NCBI RefSeq assembly: GCF_001194135.2
Contig: NC_069002.1
Span: 31,667,638 to 31,731,637 of the forward strand
Origin: Octopus bimaculoides
Taxonomy: Eukaryota
DNA: 64,000 bases
Direction: 5' to 3'
Position 1 is the first letter of the stretch. The number at the start of each line of letters is the position of its first letter. The notes under the pieces are model-generated. The model had not been told where the DNA came from. It was given only the letters and a program-made list of their open reading frames with translations, and made no database searches. Positions 24,413 to 38,433 of the stretch are shown here, one piece after another. The translations under genes were made by a program, and so were the position numbers.

Positions 24413-25828
24413 GTTCCATCACAAGATTTCACATCAAGTATCTTGCAAAGCAAGTAAACGTGTATAACATATACATCTTCTACAAAAATTGAGTAATCCT
24501 TCACTTTAGTCTCTTGTCTTTCATTTACTCATTTTAGTCATTAGACTGCAGCCATTTTGGGGCACCGCCTCGAATGTTTAGTCGAATGAATTGACCCCAG
24601 TACTTATTCTATCAGTTCCTTTTGCCGGTCAAATTTTTTTATTGCAACTCAACATAAAAACAAACATCTACTCTCTCTCACCCTCTCTCTTACACACACA
24701 CACTTGTGGACGGTGTTGGCTGTTGACATTTCCTGGTCAACAGTCTGGTATCTCTGCACTTTCAAAGATGTGTGGAATGAAAACTTCCTTGAAAAGCAGG
24801 AAAAGGTTAGGATCAGGAAGGGGCAATCAGCTGTAAGACAACGCCTCAATGTGATCCACCTGATACTTACCAGCATGGAAAAAAACAGATATAAAATAAA
24901 TGAAGAAATGAGTATAGAGTCTAGACTTACTGTGATTATGTCACTATATATATATTTGTTCCATTATAGGCAGGATCAACAAAAAAGATATTCCAGCCAC
25001 TTAGAGATAAATAACATTTAGTATATCGAAGGTTAGTTGAGTTAGAGGTTAAAATAACCATCTAAGGGATAAAAGTATCCAAAATACTAGCGGTATATTA
25101 CCTATATTTAAACATGGGCAAAATTGTAATGCTCATAAATTATTGGTAAAGACAAGGATAAACAGGAGTTTATCAGGAATCAAAATTTAAAGAAAACAGA
25201 AAATGGAGATGACATTGATGGACAACAATTGATTTGCATCAATTATTATTTATTAATAATTTACAAAAAGACTGTATCCTATCTAACAGCTGTTTCTGCT
25301 GTCAATGTTCTTTGGAATTACTATTATGATGCTAAGAGAATATTTATCATAGTTGGTAATAAAACTGATTTGAATCACAGAGCTCCATCAGAGTGAAAAA
25401 TTAATAAATAAAATGAAGAGACAAGAAAAGAAGAAGGAAAGGTTTTCTTTAACATTTAATATACAAAATGACAAAAGAGCTACTAATAATTTGATGCTTC
25501 AAGATACATTAAATTGGCAAATTTATATGTTATGTGTATCCCCAAGCAATCTTTCAGGCTGAGTGCCCTGGTTTTTAAATACATCTAACATTATGAACTG
25601 AACCTGAAAGATTGCTTGGAGAATCATGGCATGTTACATAAATCTGCTAATTTAATGTACTGTAAAGCATGAAACTATTAGCAGGTCTTTTGTAATTGTG
25701 TATATTAAATGATATATACATCATATCATTCAATGTCTGCTTTCCATACTGGCATGGGTTGGATGGTTTGACTGGAGCTGACTAGGCAAAAAGACTACAC
25801 CAGGCTTCAGTGTCTGTTTGGCGGTGTC

Positions 25829-27005
25829 TTATTCTGTCAAATATAATGCTAATTTATTCATATTGTTTTGAATTAATCATGCATTATCTTATGGCTTCAA
25901 GATTTCAACGACATAATTGTTTATTCTTATGATGACATTGTAGGATAGGTGTGAGAGGCTGGATACGGCCAGTGTGACCATAAAACAGAGAGAATATCTC
26001 AGCTGGCAATGGGTTAACCCTTTAACATTCAGATTACTCTGTCAAATGTAATGCTAATTTATTCACACTGTTTTCAATTAATCCTGCATTATCATGTAGC
26101 TTTGGGATCATCATGTAGCTTTGATGATTGGAATTGTTTAGTCTTGAATGACAGTGAAGGGCAGATGCTATCTGGCTGGTTTGAACATAAAACAGAATAT
26201 TTAGCCTTTGATATGGCTGTCTTAACCCTTTAGCATTCAGAATTACTCTGTCAAATGTGATGCTTAAATAATTCATATTGTTTTGAATTAATCATGCATT
26301 GTCTTGTTTCGATGACATCTTTTATCTTTTACTTGTTTCAGTCATTGGACAGCAGCCATGCTGGGACACAGCCTTGAAGAATTTTGACCCCCAGCACTTA
26401 TTTTCTTTTAAAACCTGACACTTATTCTGACAATCTCTTTTGCTGACCTGCTAAATTACAGGGACGTAAACACACCAATAGTGGGGCAGAGCTGGGGATA
26501 AACAGAATCACACATACTATGGGCTTCTTTCAGTTTCCTTTTACCGAATCCACTCACAAGGCTTCGGTCAGCATGAGGCTATAGCAGGTGCCACACAGTG
26601 GGACTGAACTCCGAGTCATTTGGTTGGGAAGCAAGCTTCTTACCACACAGCCACACCTATGCCTACGTGACTTGTTTATTTTCAGAATGACATTGTAGGG
26701 TAGGTGTAAAAGGCTGAATCTGGCCAGTATGAATGTAAAACATGTAGATATGGTCAGCTTAAATGCTAAAAGGTTAAAGACATTCCACCAATGACCATCT
26801 GGTTATTTAGGAGTATGAAGGATTATCCAGTGTGTACTTTTGTAAGATGGTAGATGTAATTTCAGACAAATTTGGCTGTTATTTCTAGCAGTCTGACTAA
26901 CCATGTTTTGAATTAATCATGCATTATCTTATGGCTTCAAGATTTCAACGACATAATTGTTTATTCTTATGAGGACATTGTAGGATAGGTGTGAGAGGCT
27001 GGATA
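25829..27005 (+). mobile_element. Cluster of TTAA-flanked (piggyBac-like) MITEs; one copy interrupted by a minus-strand family A SINE (26325-26660)
   Basis: Ends TTAA-CCCTTTAGCATT... and ...AATGCTAAA(A/G)GG-TTAA at 26014, 26222 and 26777; repeated internal TGAATTAATCATGCATT motif. Confidence 0.75.
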
Positions 27006-27413
27006 CTACTACTAGTAGTAGTAGTATGTGGTGGTGGTTGTAGTAGTATTGTGGTAGTGGTGGTAGTGGAGGTCATAGCATGTACTGGTGGTGGTAGTCG
27101 TGATAGTGGTATATGGTGTTGTAGTAGTAGTAGTATTTAGTGGTGGTGGTCACTATCATAATAATAGTAGTATTAGTATGCAGTGGTTGAAGTAGAATAG
27201 TGATGGTGGAGGTGGTTGCAGGGATAGTATTGTGATGATAGTAGTAGTAGTAGTAGTAGTAGTAGCAACAATAATAATAATCGCAGTAGTAGTAGCAACA
27301 ATAATAATAATAGCAGTAGTAGTAGTCTGCAGTGAATGAAGTAGACAAACATTATTATGATGAAAGCTAATGATGGCTTCGCGTGTGGTTAATGAATTAC
27401 CAATTAGCAAGAT

Positions 27414-27797
27414 GGGCGGGGCGGGGCGGGTGGAGCTAGGGTGATCTGAACACTGAACAACCAGGCAGCTAGCTGGGATTGAACCTGACTCCACAGCTAC
27501 ACACCTATCCAACCATCCACTAAATATAACTAGTTTCATATTCTAAGACTAGTCACTCCATAGTATAGTCAGCTGGTGTGGTGGGGGTGATAGTAGCAAC
27601 AGTACTAATGATAGTAGTGGTGGTGGTGGTGGTGGTGGTGGTTTTATATATAAATCTAATGACAGGTGAGACCAGAAAATAAATTTTGGCTTCGCGCGCG
27701 TATGTCAGGAAGTGTGTGTGTGTATGCACGCACGTGAACATGTAGCATATGAATGTAGCAGTGTATGTGTGTGTTGGTATGTTAAATTGAGTGTGTA

Positions 27798-27828
<31 letters not shown>

Positions 27829-28159
27829 AAGTGTATGTGCGCGAGTGTGTTACAGTGTGCGTATGTGTGTGTGTTAGCAAGTGAGGGTGAGAGAGGAGAA
27901 AGCGTGTGTGTGTGTGCTTGGTATATTGAATTGTGAGTGAGAGTGCAGCTGAGCGAACGAGCGAGTGAGTGAGNNNNNNNNNNNNNNNNNNNNNNNNNNN
28001 NNNNNNNNNNNNNNNNNNNNNNNNNNNNNNNNNNNNNNNNNNNNNNNNNNNNNNNNNNNNNNNNNNNNNNNNNNNNNNNNNNNNNNNNNNNNNNNNNNNN
28101 NNNNNNNNNNNNNNNNTGTATGTAATTTTGGCAGCAATGATATTTAGAGGCCAAACAAG
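27414..28159 (+). promoter_or_regulatory. Candidate promoter / non-coding first exon
   Basis: Three GGGCGG boxes (27414-27430), CpG-richer sequence and a donor CAAG|GTAGGT at 28160; partly in an N gap. Confidence 0.25.
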
Positions 28160-28257
28160 GTAGGTATTCTTGCTGTGTATCAGCAAAGCCCCATCCTTCC
28201 ACTTTCCCTCATAAACCACCAACACAACACAACCCCGACAACATCGCCCAGCCCGCA

Positions 28258-28295
<38 letters not shown>

Positions 28296-28460
28296 CCCTC
28301 CCACTCGTTGTGGGTTCCGTTCGAACCCTTCACCCATCATCAGCTCACATATGGCTACAAAGAGCTGAAACCACACTGAGGTTAAGCTATCACGATTGCT
28401 CATTAAAATAATACTATTTATACGGTTGATGCTACCGAACACACAGATGCACTAGAACTC

Positions 28461-28495
<35 letters not shown>

Positions 28496-29373
28496 AAGAG
28501 AGAGTGCGCGTGTGTGTGTGTGTGTGATCTTGTGGAATAACGGATATCCTACATAATTAGCAATGTTAATCAATTTATATATATATATATAGGTATGTTG
28601 GTGCAAACTGGGAAAACAGAATTCAAAATATGAGTGTATGTATGTATGTTTTTATTAATATTCAGCAATTGCAACAGAGTGACTCAAGGTCCGAGAACGC
28701 ACGAAACTCCCAGACTCTGAGTCACTCTGCGGCTTCTGCTAAGTATATATGTATGTATATATAACGCATGTATGTGTGTGAGCGTGTGTATTTGTCTCAC
28801 CACCTTATAGCAACCGGTGCTGGTTTGTTGGCGTCTCGTAACATTAGCAGTTCGGCAAAAGGTTTCGACGGAATAAATGTCAAATTTTTTTGGGGAAAAA
28901 AAAGTACTGGAATTGATTTAATCGACTATGTCCTTCAAAGCGGTACCCCAGCATGGCCGCGGTCGAACTACTGAAACCAATACAAGTGTATATAGATAGA
29001 CAGACAGCATTTGTGTACTTATATACGTGTTACTCTTCAGCCCCTGGTCGGTCCAACTGAGCAGATTTACAAGCAGAAATAATCCAGTTGTGACTGTCCC
29101 CTTCTACTTTCAGCCTCTCTGACGAGTCCTTCCCTTAATTCAAACGGCAGCGGGATGTAGCTGCTCTTTCTAGTGTATCGAGCGATCACGTAGGGTCACC
29201 CTTGGCACCGTGCGCGTTTGTTGGTACATGCAATACACACATTCCCGTACAATTGTGTGTGTGTGAGAGAGAGAGAGTGAGAGAGAGACACACACACAGA
29301 GAGTGAGACACACACACAGAGAGTGTGTGTGTGTGTGAGAGAGAGACACACACACAGAGAGTGAGACACACAC

Positions 29374-29404
<31 letters not shown>

Positions 29405-30918
29405 CACACACAGAGAGTGTGTGTGTGAGAGAGAGAGACACACACNNNNNNNNNNNNNNNNNNNNNNNNNNNNNNNNNNNNNNNNNNNNNNNNNNNNNNN
29501 NNNNNNNNNNNNNNNNNNNNNNNNNNNNNNNNNNNNNNNNNNNNNNNNNNNNNNNNNNNNNNNNNNNNNNNNNNNNNNNNNNNNNNNNNNNNNNNNNNNN
29601 NNNNNNNNNNNNNNNNNNNNNNNNNNNNNNNNNNNNNNNNNNNNNNNNNNNNNNNNNNNNNNNNNNNNNNNNNNNNNNNNNNNNNNNNNNNNNNNNNNNN
29701 NNNNNNNNNNNNNNNNNNNNNNNNNNNNNNNNNNNNNNNNNNNNNNNNNNNNNNNNNNNNNNNNNNNNNNNNNNNNNNNNNNNNNNNNNNNNNNNNNNNN
29801 NNNNNNNNNNNNNNNNNNNNNNNNNNNNNNNNNNNNNNNNNNNNNNNNNNNNNNNNNNNNNNNNNNNNNNNNNNNNNNNNNNNNNNNNNNNNNNNNNNNN
29901 NNNNGAGAGAGAGAGAGAAAGAGTGTGTGTGTGTGTGTGTGTGTGTGTGAGTGAGTGAGAGAGAGAGTGTGTGTAATGGACTGATAGATTAGTGACAAAC
30001 AAAGTTTTTGAGAAGAGAGTCTAGATGTTTAAAGTGTTAAACAATTGAGATGATGATGATAGTGACGATGATGATCATAGAAATGGTGATGATGATGGTG
30101 GTAGTGGTAGTGATGGTGGTGACGGCGCTGCTGATGATAACGATAGTGGTGGTGATGACGATGATAATGTTGAAGAGGATGATAGTAACGACGGTGGTGA
30201 TGCTGCTGCTGCTAATGATGAAGATGATCAAGACAGTTATGATAATGGTAAACGATGATGATGATGGTGGTGGTGGTGGCGGAGTAGGAAGAGTAAAGCA
30301 GCAGATGGGAAGAAAGCGGGGACGGGGGGGAGGAGAGAAAGGGTGGTTGATAGTCACGAGAGTTGCAATAGTTAGAAGCAGTAGTGCAGTGGGAGGAGGA
30401 GGAGGAGAAGAAGAAGGAGGAGGAGGAGGGCAGGTGCGTGTGCGTGCGTGGATGTAATTGCAAGGTGAAGGGGAGGTGACAGCAGGTTTTATTGATCAAA
30501 GCCGACCACCAGCTTCCCGAACGTCCTCTGATAGAATTACAAGTAGAAAGGATGCTGGCCGTCGCTGTCTATTAAAGACACAGCCACACACACACACACA
30601 CCAATTAATTGAGAATATACACCTATGCAGAAATAAAAAAAACGTGTATATTTATCCCACATTAACCTTTATATATACTCATACACACGCATACATATAC
30701 GCACACATATATATATATATACATAGATAAATGATGCGTGTGTAGAATATAATGTATACGGGCCGATACATAATAATAATAATAAAGATAAAGTGAAAAT
30801 GTTTAAGGAGATACTCTCAAGGAGAAAGAATCTTGTTCAAAGTAGGAATGAATGAAAATGGTCCAATGGAAGGTGTGTATAAGGTGTACACACTCATGTA
30901 TCTACTTGTGTGAGTGTG

Positions 30919-30988
<70 letters not shown>

Positions 30989-31032
30989 ATATATGGACAT
31001 ATATATGTGAATGTGTTTGTGTGTATATATAC

Positions 31033-31103
<71 letters not shown>

Positions 31104-31156
31104 TATAGGGCACGTTATAATCATGTACATACCTGCCCACACCCACACGTTTCTAT

Positions 31157-31191
<35 letters not shown>

Positions 31192-31848
31192 CACACACAC
31201 AAACGCGCGCACTTACAAAAATATGTGTATAGGTTTATACGCAATATAGTCACCTGGATAGAAATAGTAAGCAGACATTCGTTATATATACATATACATA
31301 TATATACACACACGCACACATACATTCTCAGACTTGTGTACACATACCAAATAGGTGTATGCATATTTACGTCTATGTGTATACACATACATGTATTTAT
31401 AGCGTTATGTATACACACACATTATTTACTGTACTTGTATACATATAAACGTACTCATATCTGTGTGTACTTACGTGTATGTATGTATATATACTGTATG
31501 TGTGTTTGTGTGTGTATGTACTTAAATAGCAGTTAATTTAAATATACGCATATGTCAAAATTGTGCTCGTATATAGATGTAGTGTATAGAACGCATACGC
31601 AGGTGCACATATTTGTAATAACATGTGTGACTATATAACGTGTGTTGAGACACGGAATGCAAACAGATTCACGAAACCATATAAGCAAACAGACACACAA
31701 TCTACACACATATACACACACACATGCAAAGTTGCCCAGCAAGATATCGCGTGTTGTTTAGCGTAATTATACACATGTCAAAAATATACACTGGTATGCA
31801 AGATAGATACGTGTATATTTCGCAAACATGTGCCCATTATATGTGAAT

Positions 31849-31901
<53 letters not shown>

Positions 31902-32753
31902 NNNNNNNNNNNNNNNNNNNNNNNNNNNNNNNNNNNNNNNNNNNNNNNNNNNNNNNNNNNNNNNNNNNNNNNNNNNNNNNNNNNNNNNNNNNNNNNNNNN
32001 NNNNNNNNNNNNNNNNNNNNNNNNNNNNNNNNNNNNNNNNNNNNNNNNNNNNNNNNNNNNNNNNNNNNNNNNNNNNNNNNNNNNNNNNNNNNNNNNNNNN
32101 NNNNNNNNNNNNNNNNNNNNNNNNNNNNNNNNNNNNNNNNNNNNNNNNNNNNNNNNNNNNNNNNNNNNNNNNNNNNNNNNNNNNNNNNNNNNNNNNNNNN
32201 NNNNNNNNNNNNNNNNNNNNNNNNNNNNNNNNNNNNNNNNNNNNNNNNNNNNNNNNNNNNNNNNNNNNNNNNNNNNNNNNNNNNNNNNNNNNNNNNNNNN
32301 NNNNNNNNNNNNNNNNNNNNNNNNNNNNNNNNNNNNNNNNNNNNNNNNNNNNNNNNNNNNNNNNNNNNNNNNNNNNNNNNNNNNNNNNNNNNNNNNNNNN
32401 NNNNNNNNNNNNNNNNNNNNNNNNNNNNNNNNNNNNNNNNNNNNNNNNNNNNNNNNNNNNNNNNNNNNNNNNNNNNNNNNNNNNNNNNNNNNNNNNNNNN
32501 NNNNNNNNNNNNNNNNNNNNNNNNNNNNNNNNNNNNNNNNNNNNNNNNNNNNNNNNNNNNNNNNNNNNNNNNNNNNNNNNNNNNNNNNNNNNNNNNNNNN
32601 NNNNNNNNNNNNNNNNNNNNNNNNNNNNNNNNNNNNNNNNNNNNNNNNNNNNNNNNNNNNNNNNNNNNNNNNNNNNNNNNNNNNNNNNNNNNNNNNNNNN
32701 NNNNNNNNNGAGAGAAAGATAGATAGATAGATACACACACAGATAGATAGATA

Positions 32754-32799
<46 letters not shown>

Positions 32800-33812
32800 T
32801 ATGTATATATACATATAGACAGACAAACACATACCTACACACATTTATACACTGTGATGTTAAGTCCGAAGTTAACCCTGATTTTGGGAGCCCTGTGATC
32901 AAATGCTTTCTAGCCGTGGCCATCAGGGGACCACCAAATCCAATATATCCCTCATTTTATCTAAGTGGGCATGTTGCGATTTGAGGGATATTTGGCTGCT
33001 ATTTGCGGAGGGTCCGTTGTCTGGTGTATGTGAGAGTGTATATCAGTCGAGGATGTATAAAACGGTAGATATAGTAAAAAAAAAAGAAGTGATTCTTGTT
33101 TCAGAGTGAACAACAGAATCTTGTGTTTGTTTTATTTCAGAGTAAATATCTTGTGTCACTAAAACAAAACAGTTAATTTGCAACCAGTTTTGGGTGTTTG
33201 GTCAAACAGTCCTAATTAAACAAGCACTTCTAATTGGGTGCTAATTAAAATTTAGCCACGGGACCCCATAGCAAAAGTAAACAACTGGTTTGAGTTTAAA
33301 AAGAAAGTAGGTGGTCCTTTATGGAGATGTTATTGCATTGGAATTAATCAATGATGTGTTGTTTGTTAGAAGGTGGAAGAATTCCTGTCAAGAACGGTCT
33401 ATTCAGCCTGGGTCCAGTTTTTTTGAAGAGAACCCAAAGTAAAATTCAAAAACGTAGGGAAAAGAAGCATTGGAACCGGCCAGGATTCTTCATTTGGGTT
33501 TCGTTTGTCTTTTTTCTTGCGTTTGAAACAGAAAATAAGCGGAGTCAAAGGACGGAAGGCATTAAATAAACGACGTGTTTTAAGAACGAAAATGAAAATA
33601 AACAAACGGCAGGAGTAAGAAGGATGAGACAAGAGAAGGGTGGCCGAAAACTGGGTCCGGTTTAATAGAGAAATGAATGGGAAATTGGACCCCGAGTTTG
33701 TAACTGCTTTCTGTGAAGCCTGCTTTAGGAGGAGAAAACAACGGTTTAGACGGAATGACAGCATCGAAGAAGTGCATAAATGGCAAGAAAGTGTGAAAAG
33801 GCGAAGACTTAC

Positions 33813-33965
33813 GAGTCGATATAAGAGAAAACGCCACGAAATCTACCTTTTGGACTGTTTTTTCCTATGTATCTTCCCTCCGAAAATATTTTCTAAGTTC
33901 GTAGAGCTTCGCCATCTTGGGTCGGCCAACGTAAAGTGTTGGATTTCACCGAGCATGGCCATATA
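33813..33965 (-). promoter_or_regulatory. Candidate TSS / first exon on the minus strand
   Basis: CpG-enriched unique island; YY1-like CAAGATGGCG (33910-33919, minus); donors AAG|GTAGAT (33846) and CTC|GTAAGT (33812); long CT-rich tract upstream. Confidence 0.35.
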
Positions 33966-34623
33966 ACGTGGGAGGAGGAGAGATAGGAGAGCGGAGAGAG
34001 AGAGGGGGAAAAAGATAGACGGGGGTTTGAGAGAGAGGGGGAGAATTGAAAGAGAGTTGAAAATAGAATGGAGGAGTTAAGAGAGAGGGGAAGGAATTGA
34101 AAGAGAGGTAGAAAGAGATGGAGGAGTTAAGAGAGAGGGGGAGAATTGAAAGAGAGTTGAAGATAAGAGAGGGGTAGAGAGATAGGGTAGAGAGATAGGG
34201 GTAGAGAGAGAGGGGTAGAGAGAGAGGGCTGAGAGAAAGGAAGGAAACTTGAAAGAGAGTGAAAGACGGACGGAATGGGGGGCAGGGAGAGGAGAAAGAC
34301 TCGAAAAAGAGTAAAGGAAAAGAGAGGGAAGGGTAAGAGACAGAGAAAGGGAAGAACAAAAAGAGAGTAAAAGATAGATAGATAGATAAATAGAGAGAGA
34401 GGAAGAGAGAAGCGGAGATGAAGTAAGAAGGATATAAATTAGAAAAACTGTATTGAGTGAGAGAGAAGAAAATGTGAACGCGGTGAAGGGGAGGCCGAGA
34501 GACTAAGAGAGAGGGGGAAGAAAAGAAAGAAACATACACACAGGAAATAGAAAGACTGTTTTGAGAGAGAGGGAGGGAAATATATANNNNNNNNNNNNNN
34601 NNNNNNNNNNNNNNNNNNNNNNN

Positions 34624-34680
<57 letters not shown>

Positions 34681-35387
34681 AGCAATTAATAGAGAGATAA
34701 AGTAAGAGAGTATGAAATAGAAAGACTATGAATTAAGAAGGAGAGAGGTAAGAGGAAAAGCAAAATAGAAAGAGTATATAGAGAAAGGGGGGAAAGAGCG
34801 GAATTAGGGAGGCAGTAACAGAGGAGAGAGGGGGATATAGGGTTTGTTAAAGGGGTGAGAAGGAGAGTTACAGGCAATGAATGAAAGAGAAAGAGTCTGT
34901 TAGAGAGAGAGAGAGAGAGAGAGAGTAAAAGTGAACTGTGCTTAATAATTGTCGACTGAGGAAGGTAAATTGAATGCGAGGGAAGGATAGAAAGGGAAAA
35001 AGAGTGAGAGAGAGAGAAGGAGAGGAAGAAAGAGAGAGAGAGAGAGAATGTAGACAACCCTTGGTTTACTATAGAGTGGGCGGAACTGGGGGGGGGGGAC
35101 TGGAATAATATATGAGAGAGAGAGAGGAAGTAATTAGAGTAAATATAGAAAGTTGAAGAAATAGAGAAAGGAAATAACTCACATGTGTGTGTGTGTGCGT
35201 GTGTGATAGAAGATAGATAGAGAGGAAGAGTGTGAGAGTGAGAAATAGAAAGAGTATGTCCTGAGTAATGTAGGACGGGAGAGAAAGATAGAGAGGGGAG
35301 GATGAAAAGGAAAAGGAATGGATATAAGAAGAGAAAGAAAAGAAACACACACAGACATATATATATATATATGTGTGTGTGTGTGCT

Positions 35388-35424
<37 letters not shown>

Positions 35425-35514
35425 GGGGGGGGGNNNNNNNNNNNNNNNNNNNNNNNNNNNNNNNNNNNNNNNNNNNNNNNNNNNNNNNNNNNNNNNNNNN
35501 NNNNNNNNNNNNNN

Positions 35515-35561
<47 letters not shown>

Positions 35562-37236
35562 AATATGTAAATGAGAGAGAGAGACTTGGCAGCAGGTCTG
35601 GTGGGAGTGGCTTAAAACCTAAACATGACATTCACTAACAGTTGTTTTAGAGAGAGTGAGAGAGAGAGAGCGAGGGAGGGGAGACAGCTGCTGCTGCTGT
35701 TGCTTTTTGGTGCAACTGTTGGTGCTGGTGGTGTTACTATATTTACGACAGCAGTAGAATTACAGCAGTGTCTGCTGCTGCTGTTGGTAGATTTATTACA
35801 GCAGCAGCAGACGAACAGTAGTAGCAGCAGCAGCCGCATCTCTCATCACTTACAAACGTTGATAAATTATTATTATTATCATTATTATTTCACTGCCATA
35901 CTACAACAACAACTACTACTACTACTACTACTACTACTAATTTGTACACATACTGGTTTTGTTTGTTTAATAGTAAAAACAAAAACACTTAAACATAGTA
36001 TTGTATTACAATTGTGTAGTTATCATAAATGCATCCATATACGCTATATATATATATATNNNNNNNNNNNNNNNNNNNNNNNNNNNNNNNNNNNNNNNNN
36101 NNNNNNNNNNNNNNNNNNNNNNNNNNNNNNNNNNNNNNNNNNNNNNNNNNNNNNNNNNNNNNNNNNNNNNNNNNNNNNNNNNNNNNNNNNNNNNNNNNNN
36201 NNNNNNNNNNNNNNNNNNNNNNNNNNNNNNNNNNNNNNNNNNNNNNNNNNNNNNNNNNNNNNNNNNNNNNNNNNNNNNNNNNNNNNNNNNNNNNNNNNNN
36301 NNNNNNNNNNNNNNNNNNNNNNNNNNNNNNNNNNNNNNNNNNNNNNNNNNNNNNNNNNNNNNNNNNNNNNNNNNNNNNNNNNNNNNNNNNNNNNNNNNNN
36401 NNNNNNNNNNNNNNNNNNNNNNNNNNNNNNNNNNNNNNNNNNNNNNNNNNNNNNNNNNNNNNNNNNNNNNNNNNNNNNNNNNNNNNNNNNNNNNNNNNNN
36501 NNNNNNNNNNNNNNNNNNNNNNNNNNNNNNNNNNNNNNNNNNNNNNNNNNNNNNNNNNNNNNNNNNNNNNNNNNNNNNNNNNNNNNNNNNNNNNNNNNNN
36601 NNNNNNNNNNNNNNNNNNNNNNNNNNNNNNNNNNNNNNNTATATATATAATTACGCACCCATAGTTTACTGTTTATTTTGTGGTACAATAACATACAAGT
36701 CTTCCAATCAATACAACCTTTTGTTAGAAGCGTGAATATGTAGTCTAAAAGATATCAATGTTTTACATTCCCAAAACCCTGGTTTCGTTCAGTTTGTCTC
36801 TTCAGAAAAATTGTCTAAGTTACCAGATTAAAAAGAAATCAAATAACTCTAAGTAGTGTAAGTTGTATGAATTATAGGAGTCTGCAAACAATTGTCATGT
36901 ATCTGGGACTTCCTATTTTGAAATTTATGAAGAAGAATTGGGCATATATTGACAAGTCAAAACTAGTTCACTCCTTTTTTTCATTTTTTAAAATTTTATT
37001 TCAGACTATGGTATTGTGTGAAATGATCAAATTTTCTATAGGACAGAACTTGCAGCATTTTGATTCCTTCTAAATGCCCATCCATCATCTAATAGTGCCA
37101 TGTGGTGCTGGTTATTATTCCTTTGGCTTCCAAATAGCCTTTGAAAGTGTTGTGGTGGAGTTTTCTGATACAGATAACTTCTGAAGAAATGCTCTGCATG
37201 TCTTACGTAGCTTGCTTATGGTAGAAACATTTTTTT

Positions 37237-37355
37237 GCCAGTGCCCCTGGACTGGCTCTTGTGCGGGTGGCACATAAAATACACCATTTTGAGCGTGGCC
37301 GTTGCCAGTACCGCCTGACTGGCCTTCGTGCAGGTGACACGTAAAAGCACCCACT
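37237..37355 (+). mobile_element. Family C element running into an N gap
   Basis: Same modules as the 24120 copy; the (ATG)n tail reappears after the gap at 37528. Confidence 0.85.
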
Positions 37356-38174
37356 ANNNNNNNNNNNNNNNNNNNNNNNNNNNNNNNNNNNNNNNNNNNN
37401 NNNNNNNNNNNNNNNNNNNNNNNNNNNNNNNNNNNNNNNNNNNNNNNNNNNNNNNNNNNNNNNNNNNNNNNNNNNNNNNNNNNNNNNNNNNNNNNNNNNN
37501 NNNNNNNNNNNNNNNNNNNNNNNNNNNATGATGATGATGATGATGATGATGATGAAAATAATTCTTTCTACTATAGATATAAGGGTGAGTAAGGGGGCTA
37601 GTCATTTGCATCGACCCCAGAGTGTAACTGGTACATATTTCAAGGACCCCGAAAAGATGAAGGACAAAGTTGACCTCAGTGGAATTTGAACTCAGATTGT
37701 AAAAACAGTCAAAATGCTGCTATGCATTTTGCCCAGCATATTAACAATTCTGCCAGCTCACCGCCTTATGATGAGAAAATGGGTAACGGGTGTATATGCC
37801 ATATTTTGGTAGTTTTGTGTTCTTGCATCACCACCCACCTAACCTCTTGCTGCCTTTAATAAAATAATAACTCTTGTGCATTTTGGCACAAAGTTTGCAA
37901 TTGTAGAAGAGGGAGTAAGTCGATTCCATCAACCCCAGTATTTGACTGCTACTTATTTTATCGACTGCAAATGGATAAAAGTCGACTATGGTGGGATTTG
38001 AACTCAGAATGCAAAGCTTGAAGAAATGCTGCTAAGCATTTAGTCTGGCTTTTGGAACATAAAAATAACAACAGCAACAACAATTTCCAGCATAGGTACA
38101 GGGCTTCAAATCTGGGAGAGAATTAAGGTTGGCCCTCTATTTCGCTATACAGGGAAGCTTAGTGGTAAGGTTGG

Positions 38175-38345
38175 TTAGTGGCTTAGCGGTTAAGGTGTTG
38201 GACTCATGATTGTAAGATTGTGGTTTCAATCCCTGGACCAGGTGAAGCATTGTGTTCTTAAGCAAAACACTTCATTTCACGTTGCTCCAGTCCACTCAAC
38301 TGGTAAAGATCAATAATTTTGCGACAGACCAGTGACCTGTCCAGT
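38175..38345 (+). mobile_element. Diverged tRNA-headed SINE (another family)
   Basis: TGGCTTAGCGGTTAAGG...GGTTTCAATCCCTGG head, then GCAAAACACTTCATTTCACGTTGCTCCAGTCCACTC; related inverted copy at 39735-39982. Confidence 0.65.
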
Positions 38346-38379
38346 GAGGCATGTATGTATGTATGTGCATATGTATGTG

Positions 38380-38425
<46 letters not shown>

Positions 38426-38433
38426 GTTTATTC

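Noticed and set aside
29125-29160. CTGACGA followed by GTCC, a possible hammerhead 5' box
   Set aside because: No complementary stem II strand and no GAAA downstream.
30037-30457. Met/Val/Ile- or Thr-rich ORFs; similar ones at 27073-27539, 51760-52035 and 53835-54227 (poly-D/E)
   Set aside because: Degenerate trinucleotide microsatellites (GAT, GGT, TAG, GAG) with no splice or homology support.
31767-32923. Long ORFs full of X (also at 22463, 29186, 35625, 42633, 43822, 46202 and 62487)
   Set aside because: Artefacts of translating N gaps.
33640-33966. 108-aa basic + strand ORF
   Set aside because: Starts at GTG, no recognisable domain, and lies antisense to what looks like a first exon/intron.
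37006-37073. Strong + strand acceptor (TTTTATTTCAG) followed by a 21-codon ORF
   Set aside because: All frames stop quickly and no donor or partner exon could be assigned; at most a UTR exon.
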